A stretch of 64,000 nt of DNA from Thermoanaerobaculia bacterium (lineage in GTDB: Bacteria > Acidobacteriota > Thermoanaerobaculia > Multivoradales > UBA5704): contig DATHEF010000004.1 of assembly GCA_035490435.1 (NCBI GenBank), positions 216,044-280,043 of the forward strand, written 5' to 3'. How positions within the stretch are numbered: the stretch's first letter is position 1; each line of letters opens with the position of its first letter. Both the position numbers and the translations under genes were made by a program. The notes below the pieces were generated by a model that was not told the origin of the DNA, did no database searches, and saw only the letters and a program-made list of their open reading frames with translations. Positions 52,737 to 59,798 of this stretch are shown here, piece by piece.

Positions 52737-52816
52737 CGTAGGGGAGGGGCTTGTCCCCTCCCGGGTGGGGGCCGGGCCGGCCTGCGCAGAGGGCGGGGAC
52801 AAGCCCCGCCCCTACG
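52737..52816. repeat. REP-like imperfect palindrome (aggggaggggcttgtcccc ... ggggacaagccccgcccct)
   Basis: About 19-bp arms separated by about 40 bp of GC-rich spacer, in the intergenic gap before the permease gene. Confidence 0.6.
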
Positions 52817-52852
52817 TTCCCTCCGCCAGCCTGAAAACGCACAAGGACCAAT

Positions 52853-53653
52853 ATGGCACGCAAGAAATCCAACTTCTTCGCCCTGCGCCAGCCGCTGCCG
52901 CGCTCGACCTCGACGGCGCTGGGGCTGCTCGCCCCGATCCTCCTGGCCGGCGCCTGGTGCCTGCTGACCTATGGCGGCTTCGTGACGCCCGACTTCCTCC
53001 CGTCTCCGACCGAGGTCTTGCGGGGCACCCTGCAGCTCTTCCTCCAGTACAACCTCTGGGAAGCGATCGGGATCTCCAGCCGGCGCATCTTCCTCGGCTT
53101 TCTCCTGGCTTCGGCGGTGGCGCTGCCGCTGGGCGTGCTGATGGGCGCGTTCGAGCCGATCAATCGCTTCTTCGAGCCGATCGTGGCGCCTCTGCGCTAC
53201 ATGCCGATCTCGGGCTTCATCGGCATCCTCATCCTCTGGTTCGGGATCTACGAGAAGCAGAAGGTGGCCTTCCTCTTCCTGGGAGTCTTCGTCTACCTGC
53301 TGCCGGTCGTGGTCACGGCCATCCGGCTGGTGCCCGAGGAGCTGGTGCAGACCTCGATGACCTTGGGCGCTTCCCGCTGGCAGGTGATCCGCACTGTCCT
53401 GCTGCCGGCGGCCCTGCCCGAGATCTTCGACTCCTTCCGGGTGATGAACGCCATCTCCTGGACGTACATCATCCTCGCCGAGCTGGTCAATCCGGGGGGC
53501 GGGCTTGGCTACATCATCGAGCTCGGACGCACCCACCAGAAAGCCTCCTGGCTGTTCGCCGGCCTGCTGGTGATCGGCGGCATCGGGCTCCTCACCGACT
53601 TCGTCATTCGTATCATCAGCTCGCTGCTCTTCCGCTGGAGGGAAACGGTATGA
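52853..53653 (+). CDS. ABC transporter permease, NitT/TauT family (BPD_transp_1)
   Basis: 266 aa, 6 TM; EAA-like loop region (...ASRWQVIRTVLLPAALPEI...). Confidence 0.8.
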   Translation: MARKKSNFFALRQPLPRSTSTALGLLAPILLAGAWCLLTYGGFVTPDFLPSPTEVLRGTLQLFLQYNLWEAIGISSRRIFLGFLLASAVALPLGVLMGAFEPINRFFEPIVAPLRYMPISGFIGILILWFGIYEKQKVAFLFLGVFVYLLPVVVTAIRLVPEELVQTSMTLGASRWQVIRTVLLPAALPEIFDSFRVMNAISWTYIILAELVNPGGGLGYIIELGRTHQKASWLFAGLLVIGGIGLLTDFVIRIISSLLFRWRETV

Positions 53654-54567
53654 GCGATCCTGAAAGCCCGCTGCCTCTGCCCACCGCGGGCGAACCGGGA
53701 ACGGTCGCCATCACCGTCCCGGGCAAGGGGGAGCCGCAGGCCCCCTCCTACCGCCACGAGCCGGAAACGGCGATGCCCAAGCTGCGGGTGTCGAACCTCC
53801 ACATCACCTACATCGACCGCACGGGGCGGGCGACCGAGGCGGTGCGGGACGTCTCCTTCGACATCGCCGACAAGCCCGGGACGGGGGAGATCGTCGTCTT
53901 CCTTGGCCCCTCGGGCTGCGGCAAGTCGACGATCCTGAAGTCGATCGCGGGCCTGCTCACGCCCACCAAGGGGGAGATCCTGATGGAGGGCAAGCCGGTC
54001 GAGGACGTCGGCCGCGACCGCGGCATGGTGTTCCAGACCTATACCTCCTTCGGCTGGCTCACCGTGCGGAAGAACCTGGAGTATGGCCTGCGTCTCCAGG
54101 GGGTGCCCAAGGAGAAGCGCCGTGCGCTCTCGGACAAGTACCTCCAGTCCGTCGGGCTGGCGGAGTTCGCCGACCGCTACCCCAAGGACCTCTCCGGCGG
54201 CATGAAGCAGCGGGTGGCGATCGCCCGCACGCTGATCAACCAGCCCAAGATCGTGCTCATGGACGAGCCCTTCGGAGCGCTCGACCCGCAGACCCGCTGG
54301 GGGATGCAGAGCCTCCTGCTCGACGTCTCGCGCACCGAGGACAACACCATCCTCTTCGTCACCCACGACGTCTCCGAGGCGGTCTACCTGGCCGACACGG
54401 TGTACGTCCTCTCCTCCCGCCCCGCGCGCATCCTGCACAAGGTGAACGTGCCCTCCTTCCCGGTGCGCGACGTGGCGCTCAAGTCGGCGACCGAGTTCCG
54501 CGCGGTGGAGAAGCAGTTGCTGGACCTGCTGTATGCGCCATCGGCGGAGGGGAAGGGGAAAGGATAG
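53650..54567 (+). CDS. ABC transporter ATP-binding protein, NitT/TauT family
   Basis: GPSGCGKST Walker A, LSGGMKQRVAIARTL signature, VLMDEPFGALD Walker B; ATGA overlap with the permease stop. Confidence 0.85.
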   Translation: MSDPESPLPLPTAGEPGTVAITVPGKGEPQAPSYRHEPETAMPKLRVSNLHITYIDRTGRATEAVRDVSFDIADKPGTGEIVVFLGPSGCGKSTILKSIAGLLTPTKGEILMEGKPVEDVGRDRGMVFQTYTSFGWLTVRKNLEYGLRLQGVPKEKRRALSDKYLQSVGLAEFADRYPKDLSGGMKQRVAIARTLINQPKIVLMDEPFGALDPQTRWGMQSLLLDVSRTEDNTILFVTHDVSEAVYLADTVYVLSSRPARILHKVNVPSFPVRDVALKSATEFRAVEKQLLDLLYAPSAEGKGKG

Positions 54568-54584
54568 GGGACGTCCGCGGCCTG

Positions 54585-54632
54585 CGACCTCACCCTCGGT
54601 CCCTCTCCTGAAGGAGAGGGAGGGCCTGTCAG
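54585..54632. repeat. REP-like element, third copy of the GGCCTGCGACCTCAcCCTC...CTCCTGAAGGAGAGGGAGG family
   Basis: Same core as 5216..5367. Confidence 0.7.
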
Positions 54633-54839
54633 AACCGGTGATGCCCGTAGGGTGTGCTGTCCTTTTCCTCCCCCCGTTCCGGGTGGAGGAAAAAATTCGG
54701 GCGTCCGGGATGATCCCCACACTTCCTCAGGACGAGATTCAATCCAGGTCCGCCCCAAGCGCGCTACAATCAACTTGGCCAAGATCTTGCTGCACGTTGT
54801 CCCCCGAAACGTGCCGGCCGGATCGAGCGCGAAGCCACC

Positions 54840-55865
54840 ATGCCTTTCCTGAAAAAAAGAACCCTGCTCCGGCGGAGCATCGCCAAGGCGCTCCAGACCC
54901 CCCTCAACTTCGTGGCCGGCGCGGCCGGCGTCGGGGCCACATGGTGGCTCCACGATCCCACCTGGGCGATCGTCTGGGGGGCGGGGGCCGCCGGCTGGGT
55001 GGTGATCGCCACCACCACGCAGCGCTACCGGCCGCGCATCCAGGAAGAGGAGCGCCGGCGGCGGGAGCTGAAGGAGGAGAGGGACCGCGAGGCCCTGCGG
55101 CTGCGGACGCAGCGGATGCTCGACGAGACCCCCTTCGATCTCTGGATCCACGCGGGCTATCTGCCGGATTACATGGCGGTCTTCGCCCGTCTGCTCGAGA
55201 TCCGCAACCGGGTCTCGCGGGTGCTGGCCGAGCGGCGCGACCTCGACGCCTTCACCAAAGAGGACATCCTCCAGCAGCTCAGCACCATGCTGACCGCCTA
55301 CCTGGGCTTCGTGCGCGAGCGGGTCTCCTACCTGCACATCCTGGCGAGCGTGCTGCCGGTGCCGGCCCCGCCCGCCGCTTCGAACTCGCTGCCGGGATGG
55401 CGGCGGGACTGGCGCCGGCTTTCGGCGCGTATCGCGCCCGCCTTCGTGCCGCCGCTGCCGAGCCTGGAGAAGCGCCTCGCCGAGGTGGGGGAGAAGATCC
55501 GCCAGATCCGCGAGCTGTCCGCCCGCGAGCCGGCGACCGCCCGCACCCGCGAGTTCCACATCGGCATCCTGGAGAAGCAGCGCGAGCTGCTGCTGGACTG
55601 CCACAAGCGCGACCAGTGCGTCGTCGCCCAGCTCGGAGCCTTCTCCGACGCCTTCGAAGTCATCCACGGCCGCCTCAGCGCCTCGCAGTTCAACGCCACC
55701 GAGGTCGCCAGCTACATGAGCAGCCTCGTCGAGCAGATCGTGGAGACCGAGCGCTTCGTGGAAACCCTGCGCCCCTCGATCGACGGGTTGATGGTGGGGA
55801 TGGATCCCGGGGTGGCGGCGCGGGTGCCGGGGGCGGGACCGGTACGGCAGGGCGGGCGGGGGTAG
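54840..55865 (+). CDS. hypothetical membrane-associated coiled-coil protein, paralog 2 of 2
   Basis: See 49988..50986; the two paralogs bracket the ABC importer operon. Confidence 0.6.
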   Translation: MPFLKKRTLLRRSIAKALQTPLNFVAGAAGVGATWWLHDPTWAIVWGAGAAGWVVIATTTQRYRPRIQEEERRRRELKEERDREALRLRTQRMLDETPFDLWIHAGYLPDYMAVFARLLEIRNRVSRVLAERRDLDAFTKEDILQQLSTMLTAYLGFVRERVSYLHILASVLPVPAPPAASNSLPGWRRDWRRLSARIAPAFVPPLPSLEKRLAEVGEKIRQIRELSAREPATARTREFHIGILEKQRELLLDCHKRDQCVVAQLGAFSDAFEVIHGRLSASQFNATEVASYMSSLVEQIVETERFVETLRPSIDGLMVGMDPGVAARVPGAGPVRQGGRG

Positions 55866-55872
55866 GGGCGGG

Positions 55873-56169
55873 TCACTCGCCTTTCGATGGGGCCGGGCGA
55901 GGGGGGTCCGGCGGCTCGTCGAGACGTGCGCCGAGCGGGTGAGGAGCGGGGAGAGGAGCCTCCAGGATCGCCTGCTCCTCCTCCCCGAGAAACCCCGCGA
56001 GCTGGGCGGCGATCTCCGACGCCCGCTCGGTTCCGAAGAGCCGATCGAACGCCTCCGGCGCCGCCTTGCGGATTCCCAGCACGGCCAGAGGAGTCGGCGC
56101 CCCGAGGTCGGCCAGCCGAGCCCGCTCCCCGGGAGAGATCCTGAGGCGATCGAGGTAATGGCTGCTCAT
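55873..56169 (-). CDS. small protein (98 aa) homologous to the N-terminal HhH-like module of the adjacent C1 peptidase
   Basis: ISPGERARLADLGAPTPLAVLGIRKAAPEAFDRLFGTERASEIAAQLAGFL aligns with peptidase residues LKPHEAALMALGFQTKEQVLGVAQAAGDDLSRFLGANITELLANLL. RBS GGAGGAG. Start trimmed from 56502. Confidence 0.55.
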   Translation of the reverse strand: MSSHYLDRLRISPGERARLADLGAPTPLAVLGIRKAAPEAFDRLFGTERASEIAAQLAGFLGEEEQAILEAPLPAPHPLGARLDEPPDPPRPAPSKGE

Positions 56170-56213
56170 CCCGTCTCCTCCCGCCCCACAGCCGGCACGA
56201 CCGGCACCTGGAG

Positions 56214-57209
56214 CTAGACGAGAGAGTACGCCTCCCGCCCGAACCAGGCAATGTACGAGTACGGGATCGTGCCGTAGCCCGTGCCGTGGTGCGAGGCGTT
56301 TCCCCAGTTGGGCCAACTGTTGCGGATCAGGAAGCGGCCACCCCCCAGGCCCGGATCCGCCGAGTCCTGGTAGCCGATCATGGTCATGGCATGACCGCCG
56401 ACGACCGTCTCCCCCGGGATGGGATTGATGATGTCGCCGGTGCTCGCGACCACCGGGTTGAGGTACCAGGAATTGAAGACCGGAATGGAGAAGGCGACGC
56501 AACTGCCTCCGGCGAGCTCGCGCTGGATGTCGACGACCGAGGTCGGCGGCAGCGCGTTGGAGGCGGTGATCCTGCGCGTCGCGGCATCCGCCTGGGCTCC
56601 CGCCGGCGGCGGCGCCTGCGCCTCGTTACCCGGAATGATGTTCGGGCTGTAGAGCCAGAGGGGGTCCTGGCAGCAGCCGTCGCTCTGGAGGACGCGGAAG
56701 GCGACGCCCACATAGGTGCCGGGAAGCGTGGGGATGCCGTCGTTCTGTTTGCAGTTCCAGTAGAGGAACTGTTCGGACATGTCCTGGAAGCTGCCCGTGC
56801 TCATCCCGCGCTGCTCGACGACGGCGAGCGAGGCGAAGGCAACGCAGGTCGACCTCTGCCCCTGGTCGCGGGGGGGCGGCAACTGTGCGAAGAGATCGAC
56901 CGACGAGGGAAGGGGCGGCGCGGCGGCGGCCATGGCGGCGACCGACGGCAGGGCGAAGGCGAACTGCGGCGCTGGAATGAGGTCGAGCGCCACCCCGAGC
57001 GGATGGGGAGTAGGCGCCTCGGCCTCGAGGCTCGACGGCAGCAGGTTCGCGAGGAGCTCGGTGATATTGGCGCCGAGGAAGCGCGACAGGTCGTCTCCGG
57101 CCGCCTGCGCGACTCCGAGCACCTGTTCCTTGGTCTGAAAGCCGAGCGCCATGAGAGCTGCCTCGTGCGGCTTGAGCTCCGGGATCTGGTCGAGGGATTC
57201 ATTGGCCAT
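56214..57209 (-). CDS. papain-like cysteine peptidase, family C1 (clan CA), cytoplasmic, with about 130-aa N-terminal HhH-like extension
   Basis: Q-x5-C-VAF (RDQGQRSTCVAFAS; compare papain QGSCGSCWAFS), GGHAMTMIGY His block, NSWPNWG...GTGYG Asn/Trp block; no signal peptide. Confidence 0.75.
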   Translation of the reverse strand: MANESLDQIPELKPHEAALMALGFQTKEQVLGVAQAAGDDLSRFLGANITELLANLLPSSLEAEAPTPHPLGVALDLIPAPQFAFALPSVAAMAAAAPPLPSSVDLFAQLPPPRDQGQRSTCVAFASLAVVEQRGMSTGSFQDMSEQFLYWNCKQNDGIPTLPGTYVGVAFRVLQSDGCCQDPLWLYSPNIIPGNEAQAPPPAGAQADAATRRITASNALPPTSVVDIQRELAGGSCVAFSIPVFNSWYLNPVVASTGDIINPIPGETVVGGHAMTMIGYQDSADPGLGGGRFLIRNSWPNWGNASHHGTGYGTIPYSYIAWFGREAYSLV

Positions 57210-57230
57210 GATGCGGTTTCTCCTTGCTTT

Positions 57231-58799
57231 TCAAATCACGGGGACCTTGAGGGTGGTGGCGATGGTCGCAGGCGTGAGCTGGGTCAGTTGCTGGCCCGCG
57301 GCGGGGATTCCGAACCCCCATAGCAGACAGACGAAGAAGTCCGCCGGAGTGCCGAAACCCGCCTTGTCGACCTGCGCGAGGTAACCGACGACGACCGTGA
57401 TGACCAGCCAGGCGACCCAGGACGCCCAGCCGATACGCTCGATGTCGATGCGCAGGCTCTCCGGCGTGGGAGGGGCCGGAGAGGCGGCCATGCCGACGGG
57501 AGCCGCCGCGGGCGGTAAGAGCGTGGCGAGGATCTGCTGAACCTGGGTGCGCGCGATGTCGGCCGACGGCGGCTGGATGTTGGCATCCAGGCGGTCGAGA
57601 GCCTGTAGGGCGCGTCCATACGGGTCGGGATCGGCCGGGGTCGGCGTCACCGGGATGGTGAGCGCGGTGACCATGCCGCCGACGATCACCTTGAGCATGG
57701 CGAGCCGGTTCCCTACGCCCGTCAGGAAGGTCTGGTAGGCGGCGGCATCACCCGCGCCGCCGAAGACCGTAGGCAGGAACCCTTGTCCGTCGAGCGCCGA
57801 GGGGCTGAGAGAGGCCAGCAGGTCGTCGAGCGCCGTCTTGGTTGCGTGGACCTGCCCGGCATGCCCGGGCGGCAAGCTCTCGAGGTCCTGGCGTAGCTTC
57901 TGGGCCGTCTGGCCCAGGGCCGCCACCGCGAAGAGCGCCCGGTCGCGCAGGATGCGCGCGCGGGCATAGACGGTGACGAACCACCCGAGCACTACTCCGA
58001 CGAGGATGCAGACGATGCCGAGGAGCTGCCATCGCCAGCTCGTATAGGAGATCTTGAGCGGCAAGGTCTCCGACTCGGGCCGGGTGTCGGCGGTCAGGAA
58101 GACGTTGCCGTCGTAGGTTCCTGGCTGTTGGAATCCGTCCTTCAGCTTGAGGAAGAGAGTGCTCCGTCCCTTCGGCAGGTCGAAAGCCGGCTTACAGAGG
58201 TCAGGCGAGTCGACGCAGAGCTGCAATTGACCGCAGTCGAACGGCATGGGGCCGTCGAGCCGGCAGAAGGCGAGCCGGACCCTCTGCGCGGGGCCTTCGA
58301 CGACCCCGAGCTGCCAGGTTCGGCCTGTAGCGCCGCGCACCGGCCAGGCGGAGCTGGAAGACTTGACGGTCCAGGCGAAGCTCTGGTTGGCGAGGACATA
58401 GGGGAGCACCCGGCTCGTCTTTCCCAGGGTCAGCTCGAGGTGCCTTTCCTGAGTGAGCTTGGGCGGAATGTTGGTGAGCTTGAGCGGAAAGTACCAGTCG
58501 CAATCGGTGGGCCCGGACGGCACCTTCAACGGCGTTTCGCCCACCGCGACCTGAGGGAGAGGTGCCGGAGCGAGATCCTTCACGGTCAGCGCCGGAGCGC
58601 ATTCCGCTTCGGCCCCTGCGACATGGACGTGGAGCAGCACGTCCGCGGTGGCCAACCCCGCTGGGAGGTACAGGGTCGGCTCGGGGAGGGAGACGGTAGC
58701 CGCCGATAGGGGCAAGCCCAGGAGCGACAGGAGAGCCGCGATCGCGGAGACGGCGATCGCCGGCATGGAGGGAAAACGGCGCGGGAGCGTAGCTGTCAT
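57231..58799 (-). CDS. hypothetical membrane protein (522 aa): signal peptide, large periplasmic domain, TM, cytoplasmic helical region, C-terminal TM pair
   Basis: MTATLPRRFPSMPAIAVSAIAALLSLLGLPLSAA signal; TM WQLLGIVCILVGVVLGWFVTVY; C-terminal WASWVAWLVITVVVGYL and FFVCLLWGFGIPAAG. Start trimmed from 59612. Confidence 0.6.
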   Translation of the reverse strand: MTATLPRRFPSMPAIAVSAIAALLSLLGLPLSAATVSLPEPTLYLPAGLATADVLLHVHVAGAEAECAPALTVKDLAPAPLPQVAVGETPLKVPSGPTDCDWYFPLKLTNIPPKLTQERHLELTLGKTSRVLPYVLANQSFAWTVKSSSSAWPVRGATGRTWQLGVVEGPAQRVRLAFCRLDGPMPFDCGQLQLCVDSPDLCKPAFDLPKGRSTLFLKLKDGFQQPGTYDGNVFLTADTRPESETLPLKISYTSWRWQLLGIVCILVGVVLGWFVTVYARARILRDRALFAVAALGQTAQKLRQDLESLPPGHAGQVHATKTALDDLLASLSPSALDGQGFLPTVFGGAGDAAAYQTFLTGVGNRLAMLKVIVGGMVTALTIPVTPTPADPDPYGRALQALDRLDANIQPPSADIARTQVQQILATLLPPAAAPVGMAASPAPPTPESLRIDIERIGWASWVAWLVITVVVGYLAQVDKAGFGTPADFFVCLLWGFGIPAAGQQLTQLTPATIATTLKVPVI

Positions 58800-58943
58800 C
58801 GAGACTCTCCAAGGAGATGCGTTCCATGAGATAGACGGCCGGCTTGGCGGATTTTCCAGGCTGGAGCCTCGCGCGCCGCCGCCTTCCGTTTCGTCGTAGA
58901 ATCCCGCGCCGGACGCCGCACCGACTTTCCAAAAGGAATCGAG

Positions 58944-59441
58944 ATGAACCTGAGACTCCTCGCCGCCGCCCTCGCCCTCTCCTTCATCGCCTGCTCGGGG
59001 AAGACGGAGGAGAGCACGGCCCCGTCGTCCGATGCCACCGCCACCGCCAGTGCTCCCGCCGCGGAGCAGGGGGCCGGGTCGGACACGTTTGCCATGCCGA
59101 CGAATCTCCAGACCACCCCGTCCGGGTTGCAGTACGCGATCGACCAGCCCGGCACCGGCCCCAAGCCGCAGACGGGTCAGACCGTGACCGTCCACTACAC
59201 CGGCTGGCTGACGAACGGCACCAAGTTCGACAGCTCGCGGGACCGCGGCGAGCCGTACCCGTTCGGGATCGGGCGTGGGGAGGTCATCAAGGGCTGGGAC
59301 GAAGGCGTGGCCGACATGAAGGTCGGCGAGAAACGGACGCTGGTGATCCCACCGGTTCTGGGCTACGGCGAGCAGGGCTCCGGCGCCATCCCGCCCAACG
59401 CAACACTGGTCTTCAAGGTCGAGCTGCTGGGCGTCCAGTAA
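58944..59441 (+). CDS. FKBP-type peptidyl-prolyl cis-trans isomerase, lipoprotein
   Basis: Lipobox LSFIACSG; FKBP_C core (GLQYAIDQPGTG...VTVHYTGWLTNGTKFDSS...PFGIGRGEVIKGWDEG...). Confidence 0.9.
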   Translation: MNLRLLAAALALSFIACSGKTEESTAPSSDATATASAPAAEQGAGSDTFAMPTNLQTTPSGLQYAIDQPGTGPKPQTGQTVTVHYTGWLTNGTKFDSSRDRGEPYPFGIGRGEVIKGWDEGVADMKVGEKRTLVIPPVLGYGEQGSGAIPPNATLVFKVELLGVQ

Positions 59442-59487
59442 GACCGCCGGTGCCGGTTCGGCGGGACCTCGCCGAGGTTCCCGAGCT

Positions 59488-59530
59488 TCGCAAAAACGAG
59501 GGGGAAGGACGGGGGCGAGGAGTCGCCCCC
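59488..59530 (-). terminator. rho-independent terminator for peptide C (possibly bidirectional, also serving the FKBP gene)
   Basis: Hairpin gggggcgaggagtcgccccc; on the minus strand it is followed by tcgtttttgc. Confidence 0.55.
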
Positions 59531-59538
59531 TTGCTACC

Positions 59539-59727
59539 TCAAACAGCCGAGCAATTGAGGTCGGTGTCGCAGGGATTGCAGTCCGAGAAATAGCAGTGTT
59601 CGGGGTAGCCACTGGCCGGCTCGGTCGCGAGCTTCTGCTCGGCGGCGAGGCCGCCCGTGACGTTGAGGCGGGCCAACGTCTCCCTGTCCAGAGTCAGCTT
59701 CTTCACCTTCTTGAGCTGCTTCTTCAC
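59539..59727 (-). CDS. small Cys-rich precursor-like peptide C (62 aa) with double-glycine-type leader
   Basis: (GTG start) MKKQLKKVKKLTLDRETLARLNVTGG|LAAEQKLATEPASGYPEHCYFSDCNPCDTDLNCSAV; SD AAGGAGG 5 nt upstream; own terminator; shares the KKL.L.RETL.RL leader with peptides A and B. Confidence 0.7.
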   Translation of the reverse strand: MKKQLKKVKKLTLDRETLARLNVTGGLAAEQKLATEPASGYPEHCYFSDCNPCDTDLNCSAV

Positions 59728-59798
59728 GCGTCCTCCTTGTGTGTGGCACCTCAGGGGTGCGGCTGAATCTTACCTCCTTTGGGGCTCCTCGATGAGCT

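Noticed and set aside
58800-59612. Long N-terminal extension (271 aa) of the membrane protein 57231..59612
   Set aside because: The extension overlaps the plus-strand FKBP gene and the peptide C locus on the opposite strand, and is G/R/A-rich. The Met preceding a canonical signal peptide (58799) is the plausible start.
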